Of a stretch of DNA of 64,000 nucleotides, positions 26,897-36,909 are shown piece by piece (positions within the stretch are counted from its first letter, which is position 1; each line of letters starts with the position of its first letter). A model generated the notes under the pieces. It saw only the letters and a list, made by a program, of their open reading frames with translations, was not told where the DNA came from and did not search any database. Both the position numbers and the translations under genes were made by a program. Origin of the DNA: an uncultured Eubacteriales bacterium (GTDB lineage Bacteria; Bacillota; Clostridia; Oscillospirales; QAKW01); the NCBI GenBank assembly GCA_902492505.1, contig CABULU010000001.1, positions 71,601 to 135,600 of the forward strand, in the 5' to 3' direction.

Positions 26897-28414
26897 ATGA
26901 AAAAAAACGACAGGACGGAAGTTTTGATAGAGGGTTACTCGTCCGAGGGCTACGGAGTGGCAAAACCGGACGGATATGTTCTGTTTATCCCGGAAACCGT
27001 CCGCGGCGAGCGGGTGCTGGCGCACGTTTTAAAGGCGGGTAAAAATTATGGATATGCAAAGGCGGAAAGGCTGATTGAACCGTCTGCCTGTCGTGTCGAG
27101 CCTGACTGTTCGGTATGCAAAATCTGCGGCGGCTGTTCGTTGTGGCATATGAGCTATGAAGAGGAGCTGCGATTTAAGCGCCAAAAGGTTCGCCGCGATT
27201 TGAAAAAAGCCGGCGTTGATATTGAGTTTGAAAAGGTAGTGCGCGGTGAAATTAAGGGATACCGGAATAAGGCACAGTATCCCGTGCGCGAGCAGCGGGG
27301 GAAAATTGCAGTAGGGTTCTATCGGCGTGCAAGTCATGACGTAGCTGAGGGCAGATGCAGAATTCAGCCTGATATATTCGGCAGTATTGCCGACGCGGTG
27401 CGGGATTATATGGTAAAAAACGGCGTTACGGCTTATAACGAACAGACGCTGAGCGGTACCGTTCGTCATATTTTTTTGCGCGCGTCGCATGATTTTTCAC
27501 AGATTATGCTCTGTCTTGTGGTAAACGGCGGCTTTGAATGTAAATCGGACTTTGCATTATATATAACGAAAAGGTTTCCGTCGGTCTGCACGGTTCTTAT
27601 AAATTATAATAATCAAAATACAAACGTTATTCTCGGAGAGAGATATGAGACGGTTTTGGGCAGCGGCACACTGACAGATACGCTGTGCGGCAGGGTTTTT
27701 GAAATATCGCCTCAGGCGTTTTATCAGGTAAATCATAACGTATGCCAGCAGCTTTATAGGATAGCGGCGGATTTTGCGGCGGCAGATAAGAGTACGCGGG
27801 TTTTGGACCTTTACTGCGGAATAGGCACGGTGGGGCTGTGCGCCTGCCCTGACGCAGGCGAGCTTGTCGGTGTTGAGATTGTACCGCAGGCTGTGGTGAA
27901 TGCGAGAAAAAATGCTGTCGTTAACAAGGCGGCAAACGCAAGGTTTTATGCGTGCGACGCCGCCGGAATCGCAAAGCTTAAGCTCGGCAGCTTCGACGTA
28001 ATTATAGTTGACCCTCCGCGTCGCGGCTGTGACGCTTCAACGCTTGATTTTATTATACGGGCAAAGCCGCAGCGGCTTGTGTATATATCATGCGACAGCG
28101 CAACGCTTTCCCGGGATATTGCCGTGCTCGCAAAAAGCGGATTTACAGTTGCCCGTGCGGCTTTGGCGGACATGTTTCCGCGCACAAAGCATGTCGAGAC
28201 GGTTGTCTTGCTTTCCAAGGGTGAGGTCGACTCGAAAAAGATTCGGGTTGAGTTCTCTTTGGAAGATATGGATATGTCGGAGTTCCAAGATGGAGCTACC
28301 TATCCGCAGATCAAGGAGTATGTTTTGGAGCATACCGGGTTAAAGGTGTCCAACCTCTATATCTCACAGATTAAACGGAAATGTGGGATTGAGGTATCGG
28401 AAAGCGTGTTTTGA
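26897..28414 (+). CDS. rlmD: 23S rRNA (uracil-C5)-methyltransferase RlmD/RumA type with extra C-terminal tail
   Basis: TRAM N-terminus, Fe-S cysteines (CSVCKICGGC), SAM motifs LDLYCGIG and DPPRRG, and the family's usual end HVETVVLL. About 60 extra residues follow (KIRVEFSLEDMDMSEFQDGATYPQIKEYVLEHTGLKVSNLYISQIKRKCGIEV...). Confidence 0.85.
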   Translation: MKKNDRTEVLIEGYSSEGYGVAKPDGYVLFIPETVRGERVLAHVLKAGKNYGYAKAERLIEPSACRVEPDCSVCKICGGCSLWHMSYEEELRFKRQKVRRDLKKAGVDIEFEKVVRGEIKGYRNKAQYPVREQRGKIAVGFYRRASHDVAEGRCRIQPDIFGSIADAVRDYMVKNGVTAYNEQTLSGTVRHIFLRASHDFSQIMLCLVVNGGFECKSDFALYITKRFPSVCTVLINYNNQNTNVILGERYETVLGSGTLTDTLCGRVFEISPQAFYQVNHNVCQQLYRIAADFAAADKSTRVLDLYCGIGTVGLCACPDAGELVGVEIVPQAVVNARKNAVVNKAANARFYACDAAGIAKLKLGSFDVIIVDPPRRGCDASTLDFIIRAKPQRLVYISCDSATLSRDIAVLAKSGFTVARAALADMFPRTKHVETVVLLSKGEVDSKKIRVEFSLEDMDMSEFQDGATYPQIKEYVLEHTGLKVSNLYISQIKRKCGIEVSESVF

Positions 28415-28863
28415 AAAAGCAAATTAAAGATACTGGAATACCTATTTACAGTGCCAATGTAAATGAGCCTTTTGGATATATTAAGGATGCTATATTTGAT
28501 AATTATTCTGTCGGTACCGTTATTTGGGGAATTGACGGCGATTGGGATGTAAGCTATATCCCGAAGGAAACTCCGTTTTATCCGACGGATCACTGCAAAA
28601 CTTTGCGTGTTTTATCTGACAGGATAAACGCACATTATGTTGCTTTTGCTCTCAAGGCAGAAGGCAAGCGTCAGAGGTTTACACGTTCAAACCGTGCGTC
28701 TGTTGACCGCGTAAGGGCTTTGAGGTTAACGCTGCCTGATAAAAAGACACAGGATGAGTTTATAGCGGAAGCAGAAAAAATAAATATTGAAATCGCAAAG
28801 CTCGATGCAAAGCTTGCAACTGTCAATGCTGCAAAACAAGATGTGCTGAAAAAATATTTATGA
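28411..28863 (+). pseudogene. hsdS: 5'-truncated type I restriction-modification specificity subunit (HsdS) remnant
   Basis: The 150-aa reading frame starts at a TTG overlapping the rlmD stop, with no SD. The content is a partial target-recognition domain plus the conserved HsdS C-terminal helix (LPDKKTQDEFIAEAEKINIEIAKLDAKLA...). No hsdM or hsdR is nearby. Confidence 0.6.
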
Positions 28864-28926
28864 TGAAAAAATTCGAAAGTTTTATTGCCGGTATTACAGC
28901 CGGTTTTGAAAACGGGGATTGTAAAA

Positions 28927-30465
28927 ATGCGCTCTGAACAAAAAGGAAATGTAAAAAACAGCGTCGGCCGCGTAGCGCTGGCTGCGCTTGCAATTATCGC
29001 GCAGGTTGTTTGGCTTGTTTATCTTATTGTAAAGCTGAACAAATATTCGACTGTTATTTCTCTGTGCAGTAGTCTTATTGCGCTGTTGCTGGTGCTTAAG
29101 ATTTACAGTAAACGCACAAATTCTGCCTTTAAAACGCTTTGGATAATTCTTATTCTGGTATTTCCCGTTATGGGAATAAGCTTTTATTTTCTTTTCGGCA
29201 ACAAACATGCAACGGCATATATCCGCCGCAAGTTTTCAGCGCTTCACTGTGCGCTGTTTTCGGGACTCTGTGACGACGGCGGGGTGCTTGAGGAGCTGTC
29301 GCGGCGCGATTATTATACCGCAAATCAGTTTCGGTATCTGTCGGACAGGGAGAGCTTTCCCGTCTATAACGGAACCGCCGTTAGGTTTTTCTCTCAGGCT
29401 GCCGATGGCTTTGAGGCACAGCTTTGCGATATTGCACGTGCAAAAGAGTATATTTTCATGGAATATCACGCCGTTGAGGATATGGAGTCATTTTCAAGGC
29501 TTTTTGAGCTTTTGGCTCAAAAGGCGGCAGACGGAGTTGAGGTCAGGCTGCTGTATGACGATGTCGGCAGTATCGGTTTTGTAAATTTCGGATTTGTCAA
29601 AAAAATGCGACAGAGCGGAATCAGCTGTAAGGTGTTCAATCCCGTGCTGCCGGTGCTTCAGATATTCATGAACAACCGGGACCACAGGAAAATAACGGTT
29701 ATAGACGGTAAGGTCGCATTTACCGGCGGCTATAATCTTGCGGATGAATATTTTAATATCACTCATCCGTACGGCAGATGGAAGGATACGGGACTTCGGC
29801 TGGAGGGAAACGCGGTTGACAGCCTGCTTGCGATGTTTCTTGAAATGTGGAACTGTACTGAAAAGCATGTCGAGCATTTTAAAAAGTATTTTCGGTCGCA
29901 TACGTGTCATGTACAGGACGGATTTGTGCAGCCGTATGCCGACAGTCCGCTTGATAACAGCTGTGTGGGAGAGAATGTATACTTAAATCTTATAAAGAGC
30001 GCCGCTCATTATATTTATATAACGACGCCGTATCTTATAATCAGCGACGAGATGAACAGGGAGCTCACGCTTGCGGCGCAGCGCGGTGTTGATGTGCGTA
30101 TAATCACGCCCGGCATTCCCGACAAAAAGCTGATTTACAGGGTGACGCGCTCCTACTATCCCGCGCTTGCCGGGGCGGGGGTGCGCATTTTTGAATATAC
30201 GCCGGGATTCATGCATGCAAAGCAGATGCTGACGGACGGGAAAACTGCGGCAGTAGGGACGATAAATCTTGATTACAGAAGTCTGTATCATCATTTTGAA
30301 AACGGCGTTCTGATACACGGCTGTCAGGCTGTGAATGACATTCTTCGGGATTTTGAAGACACCTTTGCACAGTGCCGCGAGGTTACGGAGAAATACAGTC
30401 AGGAGAGGTTTGCCGTGACGCGCGGAATAGACTGTATACTGCGTCTTGCAGCGCCTCTTTTGTAA
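28927..30465 (+). CDS. cls: cardiolipin synthase
   Basis: Two N-terminal TM helices and two HKD motifs (HRKITVIDG, HAKQMLTDG). Confidence 0.9.
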   Translation: MRSEQKGNVKNSVGRVALAALAIIAQVVWLVYLIVKLNKYSTVISLCSSLIALLLVLKIYSKRTNSAFKTLWIILILVFPVMGISFYFLFGNKHATAYIRRKFSALHCALFSGLCDDGGVLEELSRRDYYTANQFRYLSDRESFPVYNGTAVRFFSQAADGFEAQLCDIARAKEYIFMEYHAVEDMESFSRLFELLAQKAADGVEVRLLYDDVGSIGFVNFGFVKKMRQSGISCKVFNPVLPVLQIFMNNRDHRKITVIDGKVAFTGGYNLADEYFNITHPYGRWKDTGLRLEGNAVDSLLAMFLEMWNCTEKHVEHFKKYFRSHTCHVQDGFVQPYADSPLDNSCVGENVYLNLIKSAAHYIYITTPYLIISDEMNRELTLAAQRGVDVRIITPGIPDKKLIYRVTRSYYPALAGAGVRIFEYTPGFMHAKQMLTDGKTAAVGTINLDYRSLYHHFENGVLIHGCQAVNDILRDFEDTFAQCREVTEKYSQERFAVTRGIDCILRLAAPLL

Positions 30466-30503
30466 GGTGCAGTATTTATAGAAAACGGAGGATTGGTAAA
30501 TTT

Positions 30504-31460
30504 ATGTCAGTCAGATCGACGGTGCTTGAGATACTGGAGCAAAACCGTGAAAGTGATATTTCCGGCGAGCTTATGGCGGAAAAGACGGGCGTATCCCGCA
30601 ATTCTGTCTGGAAGGCGATAAATGCGCTGCGTGCAGAAGGGTACGATATTCTTTCCGCTACGAATAAGGGATATCGCATAGCGTCGGACTGTGATATAAT
30701 ATCAGCCGAGGGCGTCGGCGTCAATATGCAGTCAAAAATTCCTGTTTTTATTTACAAAACGACCGATTCCACAAATGTTCGCGCAAAGCAGTACCTTGCC
30801 GAAAATGAGTGCGAACGCGCTGTTTTTGCGGCTGAGGAGCAGACGGCAGGGCGCGGCAGGCTGGGACGCTCGTTTTATTCTCCCTACGGGAAGGGAGTGT
30901 ATATGAGTTATGTATTTTCTCCCAATACCGAGGTCGCAAATGCGGTATCGGTGACTGCGGCTGCTTCTGTTGCGGTAGTGCGCGCGATTGAAAAGCTGCT
31001 GGGCGTGCATGCAATGATTAAGTGGGTAAATGATATTTATCTTGACAATAAAAAGTTGTGCGGAATACTTACGGAGGCCGTGTCCAATTATGAAACAGGA
31101 ATTGTATCGCACGTTGTCATCGGAATCGGCATTAACTTTTCAACGGACTTTTTTCCGAATGACATAGCCAAAACCGCCTGTTCGCTGAATGTCGGGGGCG
31201 GTGTTACCCGGAATATGCTTATCGCTCAGATTTCCGATAACCTGACGCAGATGACGCAGGACTTGGAGGACAGATCATATTTTGAAACTTATCGTGAGCG
31301 TATGCTTGTGCTGGGGCGGGATATAACGTATTACGCCGACGGCAAGGCCCATGTAGCTCACGCAGTGGATGTTGACGCCGGCGGCGGGCTTGTCGTCTGT
31401 GATGACAACGGTAATGAGAAAATACTGCGCTCTGGAGAAATCACCGTGCGGCTGTGCTGA
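30504..31460 (+). CDS. birA: bifunctional biotin--[acetyl-CoA-carboxylase] ligase / biotin operon repressor
   Basis: N-terminal wHTH (ISGELMAEKTGVSRNSVWKAINALRAEGY) and the GRGRLGRSF biotin-binding loop. The track's start at 30372 is an upstream extension that overlaps cls. Confidence 0.9.
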   Translation: MSVRSTVLEILEQNRESDISGELMAEKTGVSRNSVWKAINALRAEGYDILSATNKGYRIASDCDIISAEGVGVNMQSKIPVFIYKTTDSTNVRAKQYLAENECERAVFAAEEQTAGRGRLGRSFYSPYGKGVYMSYVFSPNTEVANAVSVTAAASVAVVRAIEKLLGVHAMIKWVNDIYLDNKKLCGILTEAVSNYETGIVSHVVIGIGINFSTDFFPNDIAKTACSLNVGGGVTRNMLIAQISDNLTQMTQDLEDRSYFETYRERMLVLGRDITYYADGKAHVAHAVDVDAGGGLVVCDDNGNEKILRSGEITVRLC

Positions 31461-31586
31461 AAAACTGCACAAAATCCCGAAAAGTTTTATGTCGGATTTG
31501 CTGAATTTAAAATTTCTTTGTGAAAAATGCAGCGTTTTGCTCTTCTCATGTGTAATATATGTAAAATTATAAAGGGAGGAAAATAA

Positions 31587-32105
31587 ATGGAACGCACTGT
31601 GAGACAACTGATTCTATTTCTTCTGGCAGCCTTTGCGGTGCTTGCGCTTTATTCATGTAAGAGCGGCGGGGTTACGGCAGCTGATGAGGGCAGGGGTTTG
31701 CCGACGGCCGCAAAAAGTACCGAAAATACGCATGAGCATACGCCGTTTGACGGAAATAATGTTATTGAACACGTGCAGGAGGGCTACTGCGGCAATACCT
31801 ATACGACGGTTGAATATAAGCCGGACGTTGAAATGCTATGGAAAAGGTCGTTTATGAGCACAAATTCGATAGCGATTACCGACATGCTGCGGTATCTTGA
31901 TTATAAAGATGAAATCTGCGAATGTGAGCCGGAGTACCGTGTTTATACGGAGGGCGGCTGTATTTACGGTGTGAGCTTAAAGCACGGCTTTGTCCGTTCG
32001 GATACCGCACAGGTTAATCTGACAGAAGAGCAGCTTGCAAAGCTTTCAAAGATTATGGACGCTATCGGCAATATGACTGACGATACCGTTTTTGATGTAA
32101 ACTGA
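31587..32105 (+). CDS. lipoprotein, unknown function
   Basis: Signal peptide ending LALYSC. 172 aa, Cys-containing, no recognised domain. SD agggagga. Confidence 0.6.
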   Translation: MERTVRQLILFLLAAFAVLALYSCKSGGVTAADEGRGLPTAAKSTENTHEHTPFDGNNVIEHVQEGYCGNTYTTVEYKPDVEMLWKRSFMSTNSIAITDMLRYLDYKDEICECEPEYRVYTEGGCIYGVSLKHGFVRSDTAQVNLTEEQLAKLSKIMDAIGNMTDDTVFDVN

Positions 32106-32107
32106 TA

Positions 32108-32148
32108 AAAAGCAATACCGCACAATTTGTGCGGTATTGCTTTCATTT
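32108..32148. terminator. bidirectional intrinsic terminator
   Basis: aagcaataccgcaca-att-tgtgcggtattgctt with flanking A and T runs. Confidence 0.85.
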
Positions 32149-32200
32149 ATACGCGGCGATAAAATATACCGCTTTATGCGTCGTTTTTAAAGAGTATGGC

Positions 32201-32383
32201 TTAGAGTGACTGCTCGCCTCTCTCGATAAGCTTCTTAACCATGTTACCACCTACGGAACCGGCCTGAGCTGCAGTGATATTGCCATTGTAACCCTCTTTC
32301 AAATCGACACCGATTTCACGAGCTACTTCAAACTTCATTTTATCAAGAGCACTTTTGGCATTCTTTTTGATTTCGTTGTTCAT
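32201..32383 (-). CDS. alpha/beta-type small acid-soluble spore protein
   Basis: 60 aa. KFEVAREIGVDL...GNITAAQAGSVGGNMVKKLIE is the SASP signature. SD gaggaggtg. Confidence 0.9.
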   Translation of the reverse strand: MNNEIKKNAKSALDKMKFEVAREIGVDLKEGYNGNITAAQAGSVGGNMVKKLIERGEQSL

Positions 32384-32482
32384 TCGTTTTCACCTCCTCT
32401 TTCAGGTTTCAATAGTAGTTTGGGCGGTTAAACGAATTTAATACGATGTAAAATATAGCGAAAAAAGAAAATTTCACCTGAG

Positions 32483-34504
32483 TCAGTCAAGGCTGTAAGC
32501 CTCAAACAGTTTTGTCACGTTAGAGAGTATTTCAGGATGGTTTTTCAGTCCGGGATCTTCAGTTAAAATTCTCTTTGCGCACTCGGATGCATGGCGCACG
32601 GTTTCGGTGTCTTCGGCAAGATCGGCGATGCGCATGCGCGGCAAACCGTGCTGTTGAGAGCCGAAAAAATTACCTGGACCGCGCAGTGACAAATCTTTTT
32701 TTGCAATTTCAAAGCCGTCGGTCGTTTTTGCAAAAAAGATCAGGCGCTGCGCGGCGGTCTCGCTTTCACTGTCGTTTATCAGTACGCAGTATGACGCGCG
32801 GCTGCCGCGCCCTACCCTTCCTCTCAGCTGATGCAACTGAGAAAGACCGAATCTGTCCGCTCCGTCAATGATCATAAGCGTTGCGTTGGGTACGTTTACG
32901 CCCACCTCTATTACGGTTGTTGATACCAGCACCTTTATTTTCCCGTCGTAAAACAGCTGCATGGCACGGTCCTTGTCCGCACTTTTCATCTTGCCGTAAA
33001 CAAGCCCTACACTGTCTTTTCCGAATACGGCGGAAAGCTCATCCTTTTTTGTTTTGGCTGCGGTAAGATAAGTCTCGTTTTCCGCATCCTCCTCAACCGC
33101 CGGGCAGACATAGTATACCTGACCTCCGTCGTCAATATTCTTTTTAATAAATTTCATCAGCCGTGCGCTGTATGACGAGTTTACAAGATAGGTTTTTATT
33201 TGCTGTCGGCCGGCAGGCAGCGCGTCAATGACAGACAGATCAAGGTCACCCCACAGCATAAGCGCAAGTGTACGCGGTATGGGCGTGGCGCTCATAACGA
33301 GTATGTGCGCTCCCCTGCCCTTTTGCGCAAGCTCTGTTCGCTGCATAACGCCGAAACGGTGTTGTTCGTCAGTGATTACAAGACCTAAATTTGCAAACGC
33401 CACGTCCTTTTGTAAAACGGCGTGTGTTCCGATTACAAGCTGAATATCTCCCCTTTTCAGCCTGATTTTGATTTCCCGTTTTTGTGATGCGCCGACTGAG
33501 GACGTGAGCAGCGCGCAGGTTATGCCCAGCGGCGCCATCATTTTTTCAAAATACCTGAAATGCTGGTTTGCAAGGACCTCGGTCGGCGCCATTACGGCAG
33601 CCTGAGCTCCCGCTCTGATTACGGCAAAGGCGCACTGACCGGCAACAAGCGTTTTGCCCGAGCCGACGTCACCCTGTAAAAGTCGGTGCATAGAGTACCC
33701 GCTTTGTAAATCGCGGTAAATATCCTTCAGCGCACGGTTTTGTGCGTCTGTCGGCAAAAAGCCGTGAGCATTCAGAAATTCCTGTGGTATATTCTGCGGT
33801 ATAACTGCGGCGGCGGGCGACCTGTCTCTGTTTTTCATTGTTTGCAGACCGAGACTGAAATATAACAGTTCCTCGAAAATCAGTCTGTATTTTGCGTCAA
33901 AAATATCGCTTGAATTTCGCGGCGCATGTATTTTTTTTATTGAATTGTCAAGAGATATAAGCCCGTATTCCGAGATGATTTCAGGCGGAAGGGTTTCGGT
34001 AAAATATGTTCTGCTCAGAGCCTTGGCTACTGTTTTGCGCATAAAGCTCTGCGAAATGCCCGATGTCAGCGGATACACGGGCAGCAGTCTTCCGTTTTCG
34101 GGCAGATGTCGGTAATGCTCCGGGTTGTAAATAATCGGAGGTCCGTTCTGCGCAATTTTGCCGTAAAAAAGATACCGCCCACCGGGTTTTAGACTGTTTT
34201 TTATAAATTTATTATTAAAATAGGAAAGGTTTGTCGCGCCGCTTTCATCAGAAACGGGCACAATTGTTAAAAGCCTGCCGCCGCTCAGCCTCTTTTCGGT
34301 AATGACGCCGCATACTTTAGCGTACATCGTTACTTTTTCGCCGCGGTGTGAGCCGGCGTCTGCAATATCAATTATATTGCCAAGGTCGTCATACCTGCGC
34401 GGATACAGTCTTAAAAGCTCGGAAACGGTATGTATTTTCAGCTTTTCAAAATATTTTGCGCGCGCGTCGCCTACGCCCGGCAGTGACTTTATGCTTTCAT
34501 CCAT
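32483..34504 (-). CDS. recG: ATP-dependent DNA helicase RecG
   Basis: Wedge/OB N-terminus, then helicase motifs GDVGSGKT, DEQHRFG, MSATPIPRT and QLRGRVGRG. Confidence 0.95.
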   Translation of the reverse strand: MDESIKSLPGVGDARAKYFEKLKIHTVSELLRLYPRRYDDLGNIIDIADAGSHRGEKVTMYAKVCGVITEKRLSGGRLLTIVPVSDESGATNLSYFNNKFIKNSLKPGGRYLFYGKIAQNGPPIIYNPEHYRHLPENGRLLPVYPLTSGISQSFMRKTVAKALSRTYFTETLPPEIISEYGLISLDNSIKKIHAPRNSSDIFDAKYRLIFEELLYFSLGLQTMKNRDRSPAAAVIPQNIPQEFLNAHGFLPTDAQNRALKDIYRDLQSGYSMHRLLQGDVGSGKTLVAGQCAFAVIRAGAQAAVMAPTEVLANQHFRYFEKMMAPLGITCALLTSSVGASQKREIKIRLKRGDIQLVIGTHAVLQKDVAFANLGLVITDEQHRFGVMQRTELAQKGRGAHILVMSATPIPRTLALMLWGDLDLSVIDALPAGRQQIKTYLVNSSYSARLMKFIKKNIDDGGQVYYVCPAVEEDAENETYLTAAKTKKDELSAVFGKDSVGLVYGKMKSADKDRAMQLFYDGKIKVLVSTTVIEVGVNVPNATLMIIDGADRFGLSQLHQLRGRVGRGSRASYCVLINDSESETAAQRLIFFAKTTDGFEIAKKDLSLRGPGNFFGSQQHGLPRMRIADLAEDTETVRHASECAKRILTEDPGLKNHPEILSNVTKLFEAYSLD

Positions 34505-34622
34505 AGTTTTTACCTCTTGCTACATATTATATATAAACAAAGATAAAATTTCAATAAAGCATTGAATTTCAGTTTGAATTAAAATAAAATAGATGTGTAA
34601 AAATAAAAAGGACGGATTAAAT

Positions 34623-35333
34623 ATGCTGACTTTGATAACGGGCGGTTCGGGTGCAATCGGTTCAATGTGTGCCTATGAGGCGGCGCGGTTAAATTATGAT
34701 ATTGTTTTAGGGTATAATTCCGATGAAGAGTCAGCCCTCGGCGTTAAGAGCATGCTGTCTGATTTTCCGGTGAAGATTGTGCCGGTACATGCGGATATAC
34801 AAACGCGTGAGGGCAGACAGGCTCTTGCAGACGCGGCGGAGGATATGGGCGGAACCGATGTTCTTGTCAATAATGCGGGTGCCGCTAAAATCAGTGCTTT
34901 TCTTGACACGAAGGAAGCCGATACACATAGACTTATATCCTTAAATCTTTCCGCTCATATCGATTTAACAAGACTGATTATTCCCCAGATGCTGCGGCGG
35001 CGCACCGGTGCAGTTGTCAATGTGTCGTCCGTCTGGGGCGTTACCGGTGCGTCGTGCGAGGTGCTGTACAGCAGTGCCAAGGCAGGAATGATAGGTTTTA
35101 CCAAATCCCTTGCAAAGGAGCTTGCGCCGGACAAAATAACGGTCAACTGCGTTGCTCCGGGGTGCATACGGTCAAAAATGCTGAACGGACTTTGCGAGGC
35201 GGATTTGTGCGAGAAAATTCCGCTCGGCAGACTGGGCGACGGGCTGGAGGTGGCACGTGCGGTGTTTTTCCTTGCACGGCACGGATATATTACGGGTCAG
35301 ACGCTGTCGGTGGACGGCGGTATGGCTATATAG
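34623..35333 (+). CDS. SDR-family oxidoreductase (FabG-like)
   Basis: TGGSGAIG cofactor motif, NNAG, and the catalytic YSSAK. Confidence 0.8.
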   Translation: MLTLITGGSGAIGSMCAYEAARLNYDIVLGYNSDEESALGVKSMLSDFPVKIVPVHADIQTREGRQALADAAEDMGGTDVLVNNAGAAKISAFLDTKEADTHRLISLNLSAHIDLTRLIIPQMLRRRTGAVVNVSSVWGVTGASCEVLYSSAKAGMIGFTKSLAKELAPDKITVNCVAPGCIRSKMLNGLCEADLCEKIPLGRLGDGLEVARAVFFLARHGYITGQTLSVDGGMAI

Positions 35334-35342
35334 CGTGGGTAT

Positions 35343-35371
35343 TTGTCCGCACAAAGGTGCGGACAATTTTT
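35343..35371 (+). terminator. intrinsic terminator
   Basis: ttgtccgcac-aaag-gtgcggacaa followed by T5. Confidence 0.85.
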
Positions 35372-35471
35372 ATGTCAAATTTACTAATAGTAAAAGCGAT
35401 ATCAGGTATTTCAGACTTATATTTTGGCTAATTTCTATAAAAAATATCAAAAATATATAACTGTATTGCAT

Positions 35472-35499
35472 TTGAAATGATTTCGGAATATAATATAAT
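35472..35499 (+). promoter_or_regulatory. sigma-A promoter upstream of mini-ORF/peptidase
   Basis: TTGAAA, 16-nt spacer, TATAAT. Confidence 0.5.
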
Positions 35500-35534
35500 T
35501 AATAAATGGTTATTATTGGGAGGAGGTTACTGTG

Positions 35535-35549
35535 ATGAAATATGTTTAA
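35535..35549 (+). other. 4-codon mini-ORF (MKYV*) behind a perfect SD
   Basis: GGGAGGAGG (35518-35526) lies 8 nt upstream of ATG AAA TAT GTT TAA. A hairpin AGTCAAAT...ATTTGACT follows at 35553-35585. Confidence 0.3.
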
Positions 35550-35637
35550 AGAAGTCAAATTTTTCGCGTATCTTAGAATTTGACTGATGGTAATTTTGAT
35601 TAATTTAAATGGCTATGTTAGGAGAAAGGATACCGAA

Positions 35638-36894
35638 ATGAAAAAAATGAATAGATTGAAAAAACTGATATCAATAATATGTATTATTTCGCTCGCTTTA
35701 TCATTATTTACGGCATATGCAGCTGATATTTCATCTGATAGTCTGACAGAGATACGGATTAGCAGCGGCAAAGTGTTTAGATTTACACCGCAGGAAATGT
35801 GTAATATTGTGAGTGTTTCAGCAGAAGAGGCTAAAGAAATTGCCGAGTTATTTGTTTGCGACGCTGCGAAGACGCCGGAAATTGATTGGGATGAGAATAC
35901 AAAGGTTGTCAATGTAATTCCTATGTATGATCAAACAGATACAGATACGGTTACTGCATATACGGTAAAACTAAATAAAGGGTATGTTGTAGTATCCGCA
36001 TTTTTGGATGCAAAGTCACTAATACCCGAATGGTCCGATAAAGCTGAGCCTTTGTATACAGAGCTTGATTTAAGCGACAATGACAAGATTGTTTATTTGG
36101 GTAATTATGAGTATTATCTCGATGAGGGTGATGGTAAAGTAACGGGACTGTCCGGAGAACAGATCGAAAAAAACAACCTTGTTAATTATGTGGATGACAA
36201 TCGTAATATAAGTAATATACCGGAATCGGCTTATTTGGAGTATGATTATAATAATGTATCTGTATGCTCTGAAATTGTTGATCCCATAGGTCACGCAAAT
36301 GCAAATTACGGCGGACCGTTTAGCTATACACGCCGCATAGATTACTGGACAAATTATATGGATTATTATACAACGGAATTCGGTAATAGAAATCAATATA
36401 CAAATCATTGCGGACCGACTGCCATTACGAATTTGATTGCAGCGTTTCGCAATCGTTATCCTGCAGGTGCTGCGGGTATTCCAAATGATAATGATACACT
36501 GTTTCTTACCATAGCAGATAAGGGCATATTAAACAATTTTTTCAGTAATACTGACGGTACGCCTAATAACAGAGCATATTATTATATAGATTATATTTTT
36601 GATATGTACGGAATAACTCCATATCAGATGTATGAGATTCCAAGTAACGCCGATGATATTGATGAATATGAATTCCCCATGGGTTATAACGCTATATTTT
36701 ATATGTCTTTAAAAAAAGAAAGTACATACGGAGCGCATGCTGTTATCGCATACGGGCTCTCAGAAATGGAAAATCAGGCAACAGGGGCGCAAAAAGCATA
36801 TTTTCACATAGCTGACGGCTGGAGTGAGTCCCCGCGTTATATAGAACTAAATTCTGATATTGCCTGTGCTGTGGGTATACAATTTTATTATTGA
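35638..36894 (+). CDS. secreted papain-fold cysteine peptidase, C10 (streptopain)-like with propeptide
   Basis: Signal peptide. Propeptide-like segment (VSAEEAKEIAELFV...YTVKLNKGYVVVSAF). Candidate catalytic Cys258 in YTNHCGPTAITNLIAAF and His367 in YGAHAVIAYG. Low GC. Confidence 0.6.
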   Translation: MKKMNRLKKLISIICIISLALSLFTAYAADISSDSLTEIRISSGKVFRFTPQEMCNIVSVSAEEAKEIAELFVCDAAKTPEIDWDENTKVVNVIPMYDQTDTDTVTAYTVKLNKGYVVVSAFLDAKSLIPEWSDKAEPLYTELDLSDNDKIVYLGNYEYYLDEGDGKVTGLSGEQIEKNNLVNYVDDNRNISNIPESAYLEYDYNNVSVCSEIVDPIGHANANYGGPFSYTRRIDYWTNYMDYYTTEFGNRNQYTNHCGPTAITNLIAAFRNRYPAGAAGIPNDNDTLFLTIADKGILNNFFSNTDGTPNNRAYYYIDYIFDMYGITPYQMYEIPSNADDIDEYEFPMGYNAIFYMSLKKESTYGAHAVIAYGLSEMENQATGAQKAYFHIADGWSESPRYIELNSDIACAVGIQFYY

Positions 36895-36909
36895 CGGCAG
36901 GTGATTTAA

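Noticed and set aside
32384-32482. Attempt to call forespore/mother-cell sigma factor promoters (sigma-G for the SASP gene, sigma-E/K for the GH18 gene at 7743-7824)
   Set aside because: I found only partial matches (for example CATCGTA and CATATGTTA) with wrong spacing to any -35 element. This is not enough to report as features.
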